From: Malacoraja senta
Taxonomy: Eukaryota
Direction: 5' to 3'
Length of the DNA: 64,000 nt
Assembly: GCA_038087875.1 (NCBI GenBank)
Contig: CM075996.1
Location: 436,001-500,000, forward strand
The notes beneath the pieces were generated by a model that made no database searches, was not told the DNA's origin, and saw only the letters and a program-made list of their open reading frames with translations. Below, piece after piece: positions 26,477 to 40,168 of this stretch; the stretch's first letter is position 1; each line of letters opens with the position of its first letter. Position numbers and translations under genes: made by a program.

Positions 26477-26697
26477 AAGAAGGAACCGCAGATGCTGGTT
26501 TACACCGAAGGTGGACACAAAATGCTGGAGTGACTCAGCGGGGCGGACAGCATCTCTGGAGGGAAGGAATAGGTGACGTTTCGGGTCGAGACCCAGTCTG
26601 AAGAAGGATCTCGACCCGAAACGTCACCTATTCCTTTTCTCCAGAGATGCTGCCTGACCCACTGAATTAATCCAGCATTTTGTATCTATCTTTGGTT
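26477..26697. mobile_element. Penelope-derived fold-back element with a hammerhead core (26598-26625)
   Basis: Left arm ...GACACAAAATGCTGGAGTGACTCAGCGG...GGAATAGGTGACGTTTCGGGTCGAGA is the reverse complement of right arm TCTCGACCCGAAACGTCACCTATTCC...CCAGCATTTTGTATC. Confidence 0.85.
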
Positions 26698-29594
26698 TGG
26701 TTTGATTTGGTTTGATTTAGAAACATAGAAACATAGAAACATAGAAAATAGGTGCAGGAGTAGGCCATTCGGCCCTTCGAGCCTGCACCGCCATTTGATA
26801 TGATCATGGCTGATCATCCAACTCAGTATCCCATCCCTGCCTTCTCTCCATACCCCCTGATCCCTTTAGCCACAAGAGCCACATCTAACTCCCTCTTAAA
26901 TATAGCCAATGAACTGTTTAGTTTCATTTAGTTTAGACATACAGCATGGAAACAGGCCCTTCGGCCCACCGAGTCCGTGCCAACCAGCAATCACCCACAC
27001 ACTATTTCTGTCCTACACACTAGGGGCAATTTCCCGACCCTACAAAACCTGCACGTCTTTGGAGTGTGGGAGGAAACCAGAGATCCCAGAGAAACCCCAC
27101 GGGATCACAGGGAGAACATACAAACTCTGCACAGACAGCACCCGTAGTCAGGATCGAACCCAGATCTCTGGTGCTGTGAGGCAGCAACTCTACCGCTGCG
27201 CCACCGTGATCTTCAAAAGACCCTCCCAGTTACTCGTGCTACATCTAGCTCAATGGCCTGGTTTTTTTTCCCCCTTTCCCAAGCATTTATATCAATTTCT
27301 TTTAGATGTTATATTCCATACCTCCAGATAGCTATATAACAACAGATAAAACAATAGCTTCTCACCGTGACAATAAACCAAACTAACTATTGCATAGGAA
27401 GGAACTGCAGATGCTGATTTAAACCGAAGATAGGCACAAAACGCTGGAGTAACTCAGCGGGACAGCACGCAGCATCTCTGGAGAGAAGGAATGGGTGACG
27501 TTTCGGGTCAAGTCCCTTCTTCAGACTTCAAACTAACTATTGAATCTGCTTCCACCACCTTTTCAGACGCATGATTCAGATCACAGCAACAGGCTGTGTG
27601 AAAAAATTCTCTCTCTCTCTCTTTCTTCTGCCAGTGATCTCGATTCTGCCAATCTGGTTACCAGCTTTCCTTGCCAGTGAAAACAGCTTCTGCTTATTTT
27701 ATTCTTTCAAACCCCTTCACGATTTTGAACGCTGAACATCCCTCTCTCCAATCCTCCCTACACTTCCAATGTCTCGCAGTTCCAGAGAGCTGGATTTAAT
27801 CCCGACCAATGTTGTCTGTGTGGAGTTTGCACCTTCTCCCCGTGGCCGCACTAATTTCCTCGGGGTGCTCCGATTTCCTCCCACATCCCAGGACATGTTT
27901 GAGTTTGTAGATGGATTGGCCTCTGTAAATTTCCCCTGGTGAAGGCAAGGGGCAGAAAAAACAATCAGAAGGGACATTGATAGATGGGCGCTTGAGAGAG
28001 CAAATTGCTGCAGGTGCTACAGGGAAACAAGAAGAGGTGTGAATGATGGATCCAATGGGCTGAATGGCCTGTTTTGTATGTCATAATAAGTAGATAAACC
28101 TCTCCATATTTATAAATTCAAAGTTCATAAGTCATAGGGGCAGAATTAGGCCATTCGGCCCATCAAATCTATTCTACCATTCAATCATGACTGATCTATC
28201 TTTCCCCTCCACCCCTGCCTTCTCCTCATAGCCCTTACTAAACAAAAAATTGTCAATCTCTCCTTTAAAAATACCCAGCGACTTGGCCTCCACTGCCTTT
28301 TGTGGCAATTAATTCTACAAATTCACCTCCCTCTGGCTAAAGAAATTTCTCCTCATCTCCATTTTAAAAGTACGTCCTTTTATTCCGAGGGTGTGCCCTC
28401 TGATCCTAGACTCTCCCACTAGCAGAAACATCCTCTCCACGTAGACTCTATTCAGGCTTTTCATGATTCGAAAGCTATTTGAAAGCTTTTGGAAGCTTTC
28501 GAACCCAAAGTTATGGAATATTGTGAGGTGGTTTTTCCTAGCTGCAATAAAATGGGCCCGATGGCCTTCGTCACCTGTTGAGGAGACCTGTTGGTAACAT
28601 GGAATCCTTGCGATTGCTCTAGAGAGCTCTACCAAGTTTGAGGGGAGGCACAGTGACGCGGAGGTAGAGCTGGTACCTTACAGCGCCAGAGACCCGGGTT
28701 CAATCCCGACTACGGGCGCTGTCTGTACGGGGTTTTCATATTCTCCCCGTGACTGCACGGGTTTCCTCCGGGTGCTCCGGTTTCCCCCCCACATTCCACC
28801 CACGTGCGGGTGCTGCAGGTTAATTGGCCCTCTGCAAACTTTCTCCTGAGGTGCAGGGAGCAGATGACAATAGACAATAGACAATAGGTGCAGGAGTAGG
28901 CCATTCGGCCCTTCAAGCCAGCACCGCCATTCAATGTGATCATGGCTGATCATCCCCAATCAGTACCCCATTCCTGCCTTCTCCCCATATCCCCTGACTC
29001 CGCTATCTTTAAGAGCCCTATCTAGCTCTCTCTTGAAAGTATCCAGAGGACCGGCCTCCACCGCCCTCTGAGGCAGAGAATTCCACAGACTCACAACTCT
29101 CTGTGTGAAAAAGTGTTTCCTCATCTCCGTTCCAAATGGCTTACCCCTTATTCATAAACAGTGGCCGTTTAAACCGATGAGAACAGATCTTAAACAGATG
29201 AGAAAGTGGAATAACATAGAACGTGGGTGTTCGAAAGGGCGGCATGGGCCGAAGGACCTTTATTTCATACTGTACGTCTAAACTAAACAATTGCTCAGAT
29301 CCAGGGTTGTAAAAAGGTCATCTCCTAAAATAATTTAGTCTCATTTGCAATGCAATAATTCCACATTGCCGGCGCTCCAGGGAATATGTTGCAAAGAATC
29401 TCCACCCCTGTGGGTTTCCACAAATTAGTCAGGAATTTTCTTCTGTGTCGAGGTGTAGTCACAGGCTCCATTGTTCCCAGCAGCATGCTACCTCGTCTCT
29501 GTGGGATGCTGAAAGAGGTGTTAGGGACTCCACATCCGCGAGTCATTTTCACCCTTAATCACGTCCAGGGTAACAAGCTACAGACAGGGTAGAC

Positions 29595-30045
29595 CAGGGG
29601 TGGGGAACCTGCGGCCTTAAGGCTGCATGCGGCCTTCTAGGCCATTAAGTGCGGCCTTTTGCATGAATCCAAATTTTGTAGAACAAATCCTTTTATTTTT
29701 ATTAATATGTTTTTGTTCATCTTTTATTATTTTTATTTTAATCTTAAAATGAACGTATTTAAAATACCAAAGAGTAAAAGAAGATTCAATGAAATAATCC
29801 TATATCTAATTGAAGTTTCTTGGATGCGGCCTTATTAGATTACAGCTAACTTAATGTGTGTATATATTTATATTATGGTATATGGACACACTGATCTGTT
29901 TTGTTGTAAATGCCTACTATGTTCTGTTGTGCTGAAGCAAAGCAAGAATTTCATTGTCCTATCAGGGACACATGACAATAAACTCACTTGAACTTGAATT
30001 TGAACTTAATGCGGCCTTCCAACATGAAAAGGTTCCCCACCCCTG
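29595..30045. mobile_element. hAT (Charlie-like) non-autonomous element with a nested LINE tail (~29855-30007)
   Basis: TIR CAGGGGTGGGGAACCT...AGGTTCCCCACCCCTG; 8-bp TSD GGGTAGAC/GGATAGAC; subterminal GCGGCC motifs. The nested Rex1-type tail is flanked by AACTTAATG on both sides. Confidence 0.85.
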
Positions 30046-30164
30046 GGATAGACACATGGTGCTGGAGTAACTCAGCGGGCCAGGCAGCAGCTCTGGAGAA
30101 AAGGAATGGGTGACGTTTCGAGTCGAGACCCTTCTTCAGACTGAGAGTCAAGGTTGAGGTTTCC

Positions 30165-30970
30165 CCAGCCCCACAAGGCCCGGTTCTACCTTCTCCCCAA
30201 AATCCATAAACAGAACTACCCTGGCAGACCATTTGTTTCTGCCTGCTCCTACCCCACTGAAAATTGCCATGTACCTCGACTCCATCATAAGATCATAAGA
30301 TTGGAGTAAGATTAGGCCATTCAGCCCATCATGTCTACTCCGCCCATCAATCATGGCTGATCTATCTCTCCATCCTAACCCCATTCACCTGCCTTCTCCC
30401 CATAGCCTCTGACACCCGTACTAATCAAGAATCTATCTATCTCTGCCTTAAAATATATTCACTGACTTTGCCTCCACAGCCTTCTGTGGCAAAGAATTCC
30501 ACAGATTCACCATCCTCGGACTAAAGAAATTCTTCCTCATCTCCTTCCTAAAAGAACGTCCTTTAATTCTAAGGCTATGACTCATCCTACACTCTCCCAC
30601 AAGTGGAAACATCCTCTCCGCATCCACTCACTCAAAGCCTTTTACTATTCTGTACGTTTCAATGAGGTGCCCCTTCATTCTTCTAAATTCCAGCGAGTAC
30701 AGGCCCAGTGTCGTCAAACGCTCCTATCCCCCATGGTCTAATCCCTCCCAAACTATGTCCAAGACACCTCACACGCCCTTCATATCTTTAATGACTTCCA
30801 TTTTCCTGGTCCCCATTCCCTCATCTTTACCAGCTTTTGCCCTGACTCTCAGTCTGAAGAACTCAACAGGAAACGTCCCCTATATCTTCTCTCCAAAGAT
30901 GCTGCCTAACCCGCTGAGTTATTCCAGCATTTTGTCTCTATCTTCGGTATAAACTAGCATCTGCAGTTAG
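30165..30970 (+). mobile_element. Penelope RT N-terminal remnant joined to the tail, split by a CR1 fragment (~30288-30721)
   Basis: 30170-30287 reads [31 protein letters not shown], the Penelope RT FYxLPKIHK..PGRP motif. It resumes at 30722 (LSPMV*SLPNYVQDTSHAL). Inverted tail copy at 30048-30150. Confidence 0.75.
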
Positions 30971-33106
30971 AAACATGGAAACATGGAAACATAGAAAATA
31001 GGTGCAGGAGGAGGCCATTTGGCCCTTCGAGCCAGCACTGCCATTCATTGTGATCATGGCTGATCGTCCCCAATCAATAACCCGTGCCTGCCTTCTCCCC
31101 ATATCCCCCGATTCCACTAGCCCCTAGAGCTCTATCTAACTCTCTCTTAAATCCATCCAGTGATTTGGCCTCCACTGCCCTCTGTGGCAGGGAATTCCAC
31201 AAATTCATAACTCTCTGGGTGAAAACGTTTTTTCTCACCTCAGTCTTAAATGGCCTCCCCTTTATTCTAAGACTGTGACCCCTGGTTCTGGATTCTGGAG
31301 TTCCTTCCTACACAAGCCACAAATAGGGTCTTCTCTGCAGACAAATATACCTCTCCCTTCATATTAGATACTGAGGAGATAGCTGTGAGGAGGTTGTTTC
31401 CATTTTGGGGATGATCTTCAAGGGTAGTCATTTAAAATACGTGTCTGCCATTTAAAACAAGGGAATTTTTTTTCTCTCAAGGAGTCATAAATGTTCGGAC
31501 CTCTCGTCCTTAAAGAATATTGTTAAAGCAAGAGGTTGATGGGTGAGCGAGGGGGTGAAAGGTTAGCTGCGGACCAGGAATGGGACAGTGAAGTCACAAT
31601 CAGATCAGCCATGATTTTGCACGGCAGCTCTTAACACAGCTGTATTAATGTGTAGGAAGGAACTGCAGATGCTGGTTTACACCGAAGATAGACACAAAAT
31701 GCTGGAGTAACTCAGTGGGACAGGCAGCATCTCTGGAGAAAAGAATGGGTGACGTTTCCGGTCGAGACCCTTCTCGATCTGAAAAAGAGTCTTGACCCGA
31801 AACGTCACCCATTCCGTCTTGCCACATCCATATCAATTATTCGGATGAGAACATACAAGGCATGATGAGCAAGTGAGTAGATGCATCTCTGGTGAAAAAG
31901 GACGGGTGACATATCGGGTCGGGACCCTTCTTCAGACTCGGAAGAGTCTGGGAGGATAAATGGCCATCCGGGGGATTCCAAGAGAAGGAGGAATGTTGAA
32001 GGTTATTTAGTAGATAAAGAAGGTTGGAAATTGAGAGATAAAAAGATCCAGAGAGGGTAGATGGCCGTCCTGGTGTTTTAGAGTCGATAAGGGGAGTATA
32101 AAAGCCCATGCAGGTTCTGTTTTTTAAAATAAAGACTCAAATTGCTGGAGTAACTCAGAGGGACAGGCAGCATCTCTGGAGAACACAGTTAGGTGATGTT
32201 TCTGGGTCAGGACCCTTCTTCAGACTGATTGATTTAGCCATGATGTTGTTGGACGGCATCATTGGCTCGATGGGCCGAGTGGCCGAGCTCTGCTCATCGT
32301 GAACACATGAGAGCGTCTGATGTTATTCCACTGGACCTGAGAGAAGTGTCAATACCCTATCCAGACTGGTGAAACCTCGGTGTTTGATGTTCCCCCGAGC
32401 CATGCTCAGCATGACCTGGCTAACCAATAATATTTCGCTGCCAACCGCTCAGCTTATTGATCTTCTTAATATCTCCAATTGTCAGTGTTGAGTGCATTAT
32501 CGTGGATCACGGGCAGAAATCAATGGGTTCCCCCCCTGTGGACGTCCTGCCCGATTGTTTGCTGACTATGTGTCTTTCCCATCTCCTCTTGATATCAACA
32601 CAGCAAAGCTTATAGAGTCATACAGCACAGAAACGCAGCAAAGGCCCTTCAGCCCATCTTGCCCATGCTGATCAAGTGATGCCCACATTTGGCCCATTTC
32701 TCTCTAAACCTTTCCTCTCCATTTACCCCTCCAAATGTCTTTTAAATGTTGTGATAGTCCCTGTCTCAACTACCTCCTCTGGCAGCTCGTTCCATACACC
32801 CACCACCCTCTGGGTGAAAAGGTTACCCCTTAGGTTCCTATTAAATCTTCCCCCTCTCAACTTAACCCAATGCTCTCTGGTTCTTGATTCACCTATTCTG
32901 GTTCAAAGACTGTGTGCATCTACCCTATCTATTCCCCTCATGATCTTATATACCTCTAAAAGACCCCCCCTCCGTGTCCTGCGCTCCAAGGAATGAAGTC
33001 CTAGGCTGCCCAACCTCTCCCTGTAGCTCAGTCCCTCATGTTTCGGCAACATAAATCTTCTCTGCACTCTTTCCAGCTTCCTCACAGCTTTCCTTGCATT
33101 CTCCAA

Positions 33107-33291
33107 AACACACACAAGCACACACGTACGCACGCACGCACGCATGCACACGCACACACACACACACACACAAACGCACAGACATGCGGGCATACACATG
33201 CGCACACACCCACGTACACCCACGCACGCGTACACACACACATATACTGTACAAACACACACACATGCACACACACACACACACACACATA

Positions 33292-33331
<40 letters not shown>

Positions 33332-33497
33332 CACACATACACACACACATACACTCATACACATACACACACGCACGCACACATACACACGCGCGCGCAC
33401 ACGCACATACACACGCACGCACACACCCACACACATACACTCATACACACGCACGCACACATGCACACACATACACACACACACGCACACATGCACA

Positions 33498-33561
<64 letters not shown>

Positions 33562-33583
33562 CACACATGCACACACACACACA

Positions 33584-33657
<74 letters not shown>

Positions 33658-33675
33658 TACACACACACACACAAG
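33107..33675 (+). repeat. Compound (CA)n microsatellite
   Basis: Imperfect CA/CG/TA dinucleotide array. Confidence 0.98.
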
Positions 33676-34925
33676 CACAAGCCTCATTCCACTGCCTTTA
33701 AACAATCTATATTTATTGGCAAGCACGGGTAATGCTGCAGGTGACAGAGTCTGCTTCATTCAATCTTTGAGGCCAGCCCAGTGTGGGAGCCGGTAAAATC
33801 CTTGCACCCTGTGGCTGTCATTTGTACCACAGCAGGGTCCGTCTCTTCAGTCTCTGTGCTGCAGGCTCACTGTATCTCATTACAGGACATCTGAGGAAGT
33901 AATGAGATTCTAACCCTCTCTCATCATTGGTCTCAGCTTCGAGAGTACTCTATATTCTGCGGCCCCCTGATTCCATTAAACAAGAATAGACATCCATGTC
34001 TCTGATAGACACAGAATGCCAGAGTTACTCAACGGGACAGGCAGCATCTCTGGAGAGAAGGAATGGGTGACGTTTCGGGTCCAGACCCTTCTTCAGACTG
34101 CAACGCAGCCAACTTGGACACCGCAAGCTCCCACAAACAGCAACATTACAACCATTTTTATTGTAGGGTTTGAGAGATTCCTCAGAGTTTGGGGATAATT
34201 GCGGAGATCGGGGATGCATTGGTTTGGGGACAGCTCCATCCAAGGCCGCAATAAATCGCAGAGAGTTGTGGACGCAGCCCAGACCATCGCGCAAACCAAC
34301 CTCCCTTCCATTGACTCCATCTACACCTCACGCTGCCTCGGCAAGGCCAGCAGCATAATCAAGGACCAATCTCACCCTGGACATTCCCTCTTCTCCCCTC
34401 TCCCATCTGGCAAGAGGTACAGAAGTGTGAAAACGCACGCCTCCACATTCAGGCACAGCTTCTTCTCAGCTGTTATCAGGCAACTGAACCATCCTATAAC
34501 CAACTGGAGAGCTCTCCTGAACTACCATCTACCTCATCGGAGACCCTCGGACTATCTTTAATCAGACTTTACTGGACTTTATCTTGCACTAAACATGATG
34601 CCCTTTATTCTGTTTCTGTACACTGTTGACTGTAATCGTGTATAGTCTTTCCGCTGACTGGATGGCACGCAACAAAAAAGCCTTTCACTGTACCTCGATA
34701 CACGTGACAATAAACTAAACTAATTCCAAATGGTGATGGGACTCTGAACATTCACCTGGTTTAACATCATAGAAACATAGAAAATAGGTGCAGGAGTGGG
34801 CCATTGGGCCCATCGAGCCAGCACCGCCATTCAATATGATCATGGCTGATCATCCAAAGTTAGTACCCCGTTCCTGCTTTCTCCCCATATCCTTTGATTC
34901 CGTTAGCCCTAAGAGCTCTATCTAA

Positions 34926-35564
34926 AGGGCCTGTCCCACCAGCATGCGACTGCATGCGGCTAGCGCGACCTAAGGTGGTCGCTTGAGCCGTACGGCCTCG
35001 CGGGGCCGGTCCCACTTCGATCGCCGGAGCCGTATGGAGTTGTGCGGAGCTGGTCCCGACATCGCGTGGGGCTCCGAAAAATTGACACTGTCCAAAAATT
35101 CCGCGCGGCAACAGCCTGTCGGCCCGCAGCCGCATTGAGGCCGTACGCAGCGTCCCGACGACGTACGCACCGCCTCGACGCCGCACGCACCGCCTCGACG
35201 GGCGTACACAGCGTCTCGACGCCGCACGCACCGCCTCGACGGGCGTACACAGCGTCTCGACGCCGCATGCAGCGTCTCGACGCCCTACGCAGCGTCTTGA
35301 CGGCGTACGCCTAGCGTGTGGCGTTGCGCGATGACGTCACCGCCCGGCGTGCCGTTGCGTGATGACGTAACCGCCCAACGCCGTGCGACGTCCAAATTCA
35401 GTCGGCCCGCCTCCTGCCCAGCTGATTGGTGAGTATGATGCCCCGCACAACTCCAGACGGCTCCGTGGTTGGAAGTGGGACCGGCCCCGCGAGGCCGTAC
35501 GCCTCAAGCCACCACGTTTGGTTGTGCTCGCCGCATGCAGTCGCATGCTGGTGGGACAGGCCCT
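34926..35564. mobile_element. PIF/Harbinger-like MITE, family B
   Basis: TIR AGGGCCTGTCCCACCAGCATGCGACTGCATGCGGC...GCCGCATGCAGTCGCATGCTGGTGGGACAGGCCCT; TSD TAA/TAA. Internal 40-bp duplication. Inserted in a CR1 3' fragment. Confidence 0.9.
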
Positions 35565-38500
35565 TAACTCTCTCTTGATAGCATCCAGTGAATTGGCCTC
35601 CACTGCCTTCTGTGGCAGAGAATTCCACAGATTCACAACTCTCTGGGTGAAAAGGTTTTTCCTCATCTCAGTCCTAAATGGCCTCCCCCTTATTCTTGTA
35701 TCAAAGGCTTGACTGGAAATAGATCCTTAGGCCCACTGAGTCGGTGCCGACCTTCAAGCACCAATTAACACTAATCCGACATTCAGCCCATGTTATTCAC
35801 CTCCCCTTTCTATTTAGCTACCTCCCCCCAACCCATATTCTACCACTCTACACACTACAGGCAATTTACAACATCTAATTAACTCCTGAAGAAGGGTCCC
35901 AATCCAACACGTCACCTATCCATGTTCTCCAGAGATGTTGACTGACCCGCTGAGTTACTCCAGCACCTTGTGTCTTATATCGTAAACCAGCATCTGCCGG
36001 TCTTTGTTTCCACATCCAGTTAACTTTCCTGCCTGCAAATCATTGGGATGTGGGAGGAAACTGGAGCACCCGGAGGAAACCTGCTTGGTTACAGGGAGAA
36101 TGTGCAAACTCCACACAAACAGCACCGGAGGTCAGGATTGAACCTGGGATGCTGCAGATGTGAGGCAGGAGTTCTGCCATTCCACCACTGTGTCACCACC
36201 CCCCCTTTAGTGCCTGGAGTTAACCATTAAGCGCTTGGATAGCGGGAATCGTTCACAGGGGACGTCATGCTTCAATCCACATTCCCTTTTACCCATTTAA
36301 TAACTCTCTAACCCGGTGATCACAGTGACTGACAAAGATACAGGGAGGGGATGAGAGATACTAGCATGGAAGCAGGCCATTCAGCCTACCAAATCCATAT
36401 TGACCATCAACCAATCATTCATTCCATTAATATGACATCAATACTAAATCTAGTGCAGCACAATGGTGCGTTGATAGAATTGTTGCCTTATAGGGCCAAA
36501 GATCCATCCTGACTACAGGTGCTGTCTATGCAGAGTTTGTCCGTTCTCCCTCTGACTGCGTGGGTTTTCTCAAGGTGCTCCGCTTTCCACCCACATTCCA
36601 AAGGCGTGCAGGTTTGTAGGTTAATTGCCTTCTGTAAATTGTCCCCAGTGCGCAGGATAGAACTGGTGTGCGGGTGGTCGCTGGTTGGCACGGACTTGGT
36701 GGCCCGAAGGGCCTCTTTCCACGCTGTATCTCTAAGCTAAGGTATGATAAGCTAAATTATAAATAGTAAGTCTATGTTGTACAGAGAGTGATGATAATCT
36801 GAAAACCCATTGCCTTTAGGAGTTTGTGTTTGGAAAGAGAATTACCTGCAAAGCAAATGTTGAAAGGCCAGAGAAGAGATGCTTTTGGATGTTCTGCAGT
36901 TATTCTCCAATGTGGCGTTGTCAAGCATTCAATGCATTCAATGCTTCAACCCAGTCTGAAGAAGGGTTTCGGCCCGAAACGTTACCTATTTGCTTCGCTC
37001 CATAGATGCTGCTGCACCCGCTGAGTTTCTCCAGCATTTTTGTGTACCTTCGATTTTCCAGCATCTGCAGTTCCTTCTTTAACACATTCAATGCTTCTTG
37101 CCATCCTGAGAAGTCTCTGGGATTTCTGGGACCAGAGTCTTGCTTCAGGCTTGGAAAAATGCATCACCCATTCCTTCCATCCAGAGATGCTGCCTCACCC
37201 GCTGAGGAAAGATTATTAAAGCTTTGGACACGCTAGAGGCAGGAAACATGTTCCTGATGTTGGGGGAGTCCAGAACCAGGGGCCACAGTTTAAGAATAAG
37301 GGGTAAGCCATTTAGAACGGAGACGAGGAAACACTTCTTCACGTAGAGAGTTGTGAGTCTGTGGAATTCTCTGCCTCAGAGTCCGGTGGAGGCCGGTTCT
37401 CTGGATACTTTCAAGAGAGAGCTCGATAGGGCTCTTAAGGATAGCGGAGTCAGGGGATATGGGGAGAAGGCAGGAACGGGGTACTGATTGGGGATGATCA
37501 GCCACAATCACATTGAATGGCGGTGCTGGCTCGAAGGGCTCCTGCACCTATTGTCTATTGTCTATCGAATTTGCGGAATTCTCTGCCACAGAAGGCAGTT
37601 GAGGCCAATTCACTGGATGTATTCAAGAGAGAGTTGGATATAGCTCTTAGGGCTAACGGAATCAAGGGATATGGGGAGAAAGCAGGGACGGGGTACTGAT
37701 TCTGGATGATCAGCAATGATCATATTGGCTCGATGGGGTACTCCTGCACCTATTTTCTATGTTACTCCAGCATCTGCAGTTATTTCCTACACATTTTGGC
37801 TGTTTGCTCTGTGGTACATTTCAGAGAGTCTAGATCTTGGTGCATGGTCAACACAAGGGGGCGATACACTTCGGAGTGAGGTCACTACATCTGTTCTCAG
37901 AGGGTTGTGAATCTGTGGAAGTTATTCCCAGATGCAGTCAATGCTGAATGACTGGGAATATTTGCGACTGAGATTATAAATCTCTGATACTTTGTGAGCT
38001 GATGGTTGACCAAGAAACAGGAATGGAAAAAAAAAACAGGAGATGATCTTACTGAGTAAACAGCAGGTTTGAGGGGATGAATTACCTTTATTTGAGAAGA
38101 ACCATTAAGAGAATGAGCAAATAAAAGAGGTGACTGTGGTGAACAATTCACATGAACATATGAAAGTATTGGGCACCTCCTGGAGACTTTAGATTTTAGA
38201 GTTACAGCATTGAAAGAGGCCCTTCAGTCCACCGAATCAGCGCCAACCAACGATCACCGCAGACCACTAGCACGACACACCAGGGACAATTTACAGCTTT
38301 TGTTGTCCAAAGGCAATTAATCTACAAACCTTGGGAGTGTGGTAGGAAACCAAAGCACCCAGAGAAAGTCCATGGGGAGAACGTACAGACTCCACACAGA
38401 CAGTCAGGATCGAATCTGTGTTCTGGCACTGTAAGGCAGCAACTCTACCACTGCGCCACCGTGCCACCCCATTAGTTTTAAAGATACAGCATGGAAACAG

Positions 38501-39079
38501 GCCCTTCGGTCCACTGAGTCCATGCCGCCCTCTCATCACCTGTTCACACTATTTCTATGTTCTTCCACTTTCTCATTCACGCCCCACACTCTTGGGCCAA
38601 TTTACAGAGGGTCAATTAACCTACAATCCTGCACGTATGTGCGACAAAACACACACATGGTCACCGGGAGAACATGCAAACTCCACACAGACCGTGCCTG
38701 AGGTCAGGGTCGAACCTCGGGATCTCTGGCTCTGGGAGGCAACAGTTCCAACAATTGACATGTGTTTATCTCAGGGGGCCATTGTGAAGGTGGTTTGAGA
38801 GATGCACTGCTAAGTGAGTGAGTGATTTATGGATCATTTAAGGATCCATATACACTTAGGATTTGAGTAGGAAAGAACTGCAGATGCTGGTTTAAATCGG
38901 AGATAGACACAAAGTGCTGGAGTAACTCAGCGGTACAGGCAGCGTCTCTGGAGAGAAGGAATGGGTGACGTTTCGGGTTGCGTCTGAAGAAGGGTCTCAA
39001 CCCAAAACGTCACCCATGCCTTCTCTTCAGAGATGCTGCCTGTTCTGCTGAGTTACTCCAGCATTTTGTGTCTATCTTA

Positions 39080-39409
39080 TGGCCCTGTCCCACGGTACGA
39101 GTTCATTCCAAGAGCTCTCCCGAGTTTAAAAAAAATCAAACTCGTGATAAACACGGAGAATGAACGTAGCGGGTACGTCGGAGCTCGGGGACGTCTCTTA
39201 GCGGCTCGTAACGCTAACGGCAGGTACTCGGGAAGACTCGCTAACGGCAGGTAAGCACGGGAAGACTCGTGAAGATTTTTCAACATGTTGAAAAATATCC
39301 ACGAGATCCCCGAGTACCGACGTGCGGCCATTACCGTAAATCTCCGAGTTCGAATCAGGGCAAACTCTGGAGAGCTCTTGGAATGAACTTGTACCGTGGG
39401 ACAGGGCCA
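39080..39409. mobile_element. PIF/Harbinger-like MITE, family C
   Basis: TIR TGGCCCTGTCCCACGGTACGAGTTCATTCCAAGAGCTCTCC...GGAGAGCTCTTGGAATGAACTTGTACCGTGGGACAGGGCCA; flanks TTA/TAA. Confidence 0.85.
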
Positions 39410-39849
39410 TAATACTTTGGATTTGTTGGGTTGTTGGTAAGATATTGTTGCCGTGTTCCTGCCATGTCACTGGAACCTCACTGGGTTAATGCAGCAAGTG
39501 ATAACTGGCGTATCATTTGGATATAGTTGTGGTGTCACTGGTACCATCAATGATGTTTCCACCATATCCTCCATACTCACTGCAGGGACAAGCAAGGCAA
39601 TGTAGTGTCCCCTCCCAGCTCAACGGCCCCAGTAGTGTGTCCCTAGTCCTGTTGGATGGCTCATGTTGTTCGCCCAGTAACGGATCACAAAGCAGACATG
39701 CTTGTGAGGTCTCTCGAGAGAAGAGATCGCCAGGTGATCGCCAAGGAGAAGATTTAATCATGTGCTGTAAGCCCTCTCAAAGAAGAGCCACTTCTCCACT
39801 GACAACATAACCCCCATCACCCTGCGGACTCCAAGTGTAGGCAGAGCAA

Positions 39850-40168
39850 CTTTAGACTTTACTTTAGAGATACAGTGTGGAAGCAGACCCTTCGACCCAC
39901 CGTGTCTGCGCCAACCGGCAGTCATCCCGTGCGCTCGCACTATCCTACACACTAGGGTACAATTTACAATGTTTTGTTACCAAAGCCAATTAACCTACAA
40001 ACCTGTACGTCTTTGGAGTGCGGGAGGAAACCGGAGTGCCCGGAGAAAACCCACGCGGTCACATGGAGAACGTACAAACTCTATACAGGCAGCACCCGTA
40101 GTCAGGATGGAACCCGGGTCTCTGGCGCTGCAAGGCAGCAACTCTACCGCTGCGCCACCGTGCCGCCC
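39850..40168 (-). mobile_element. V-SINE (HE1-like), full length
   Basis: Same architecture on the minus strand. Other copies at about 11690-12115, 18060-18375, 21350-21645, 26925-27208, 50935-51250, 59865-60158 and 61345-61655. Confidence 0.9.

Noticed and set aside
32903..33796. HT/CV-repeat ORFs (also 62049-62955)
   Set aside because: Translations of CA/TG microsatellites.
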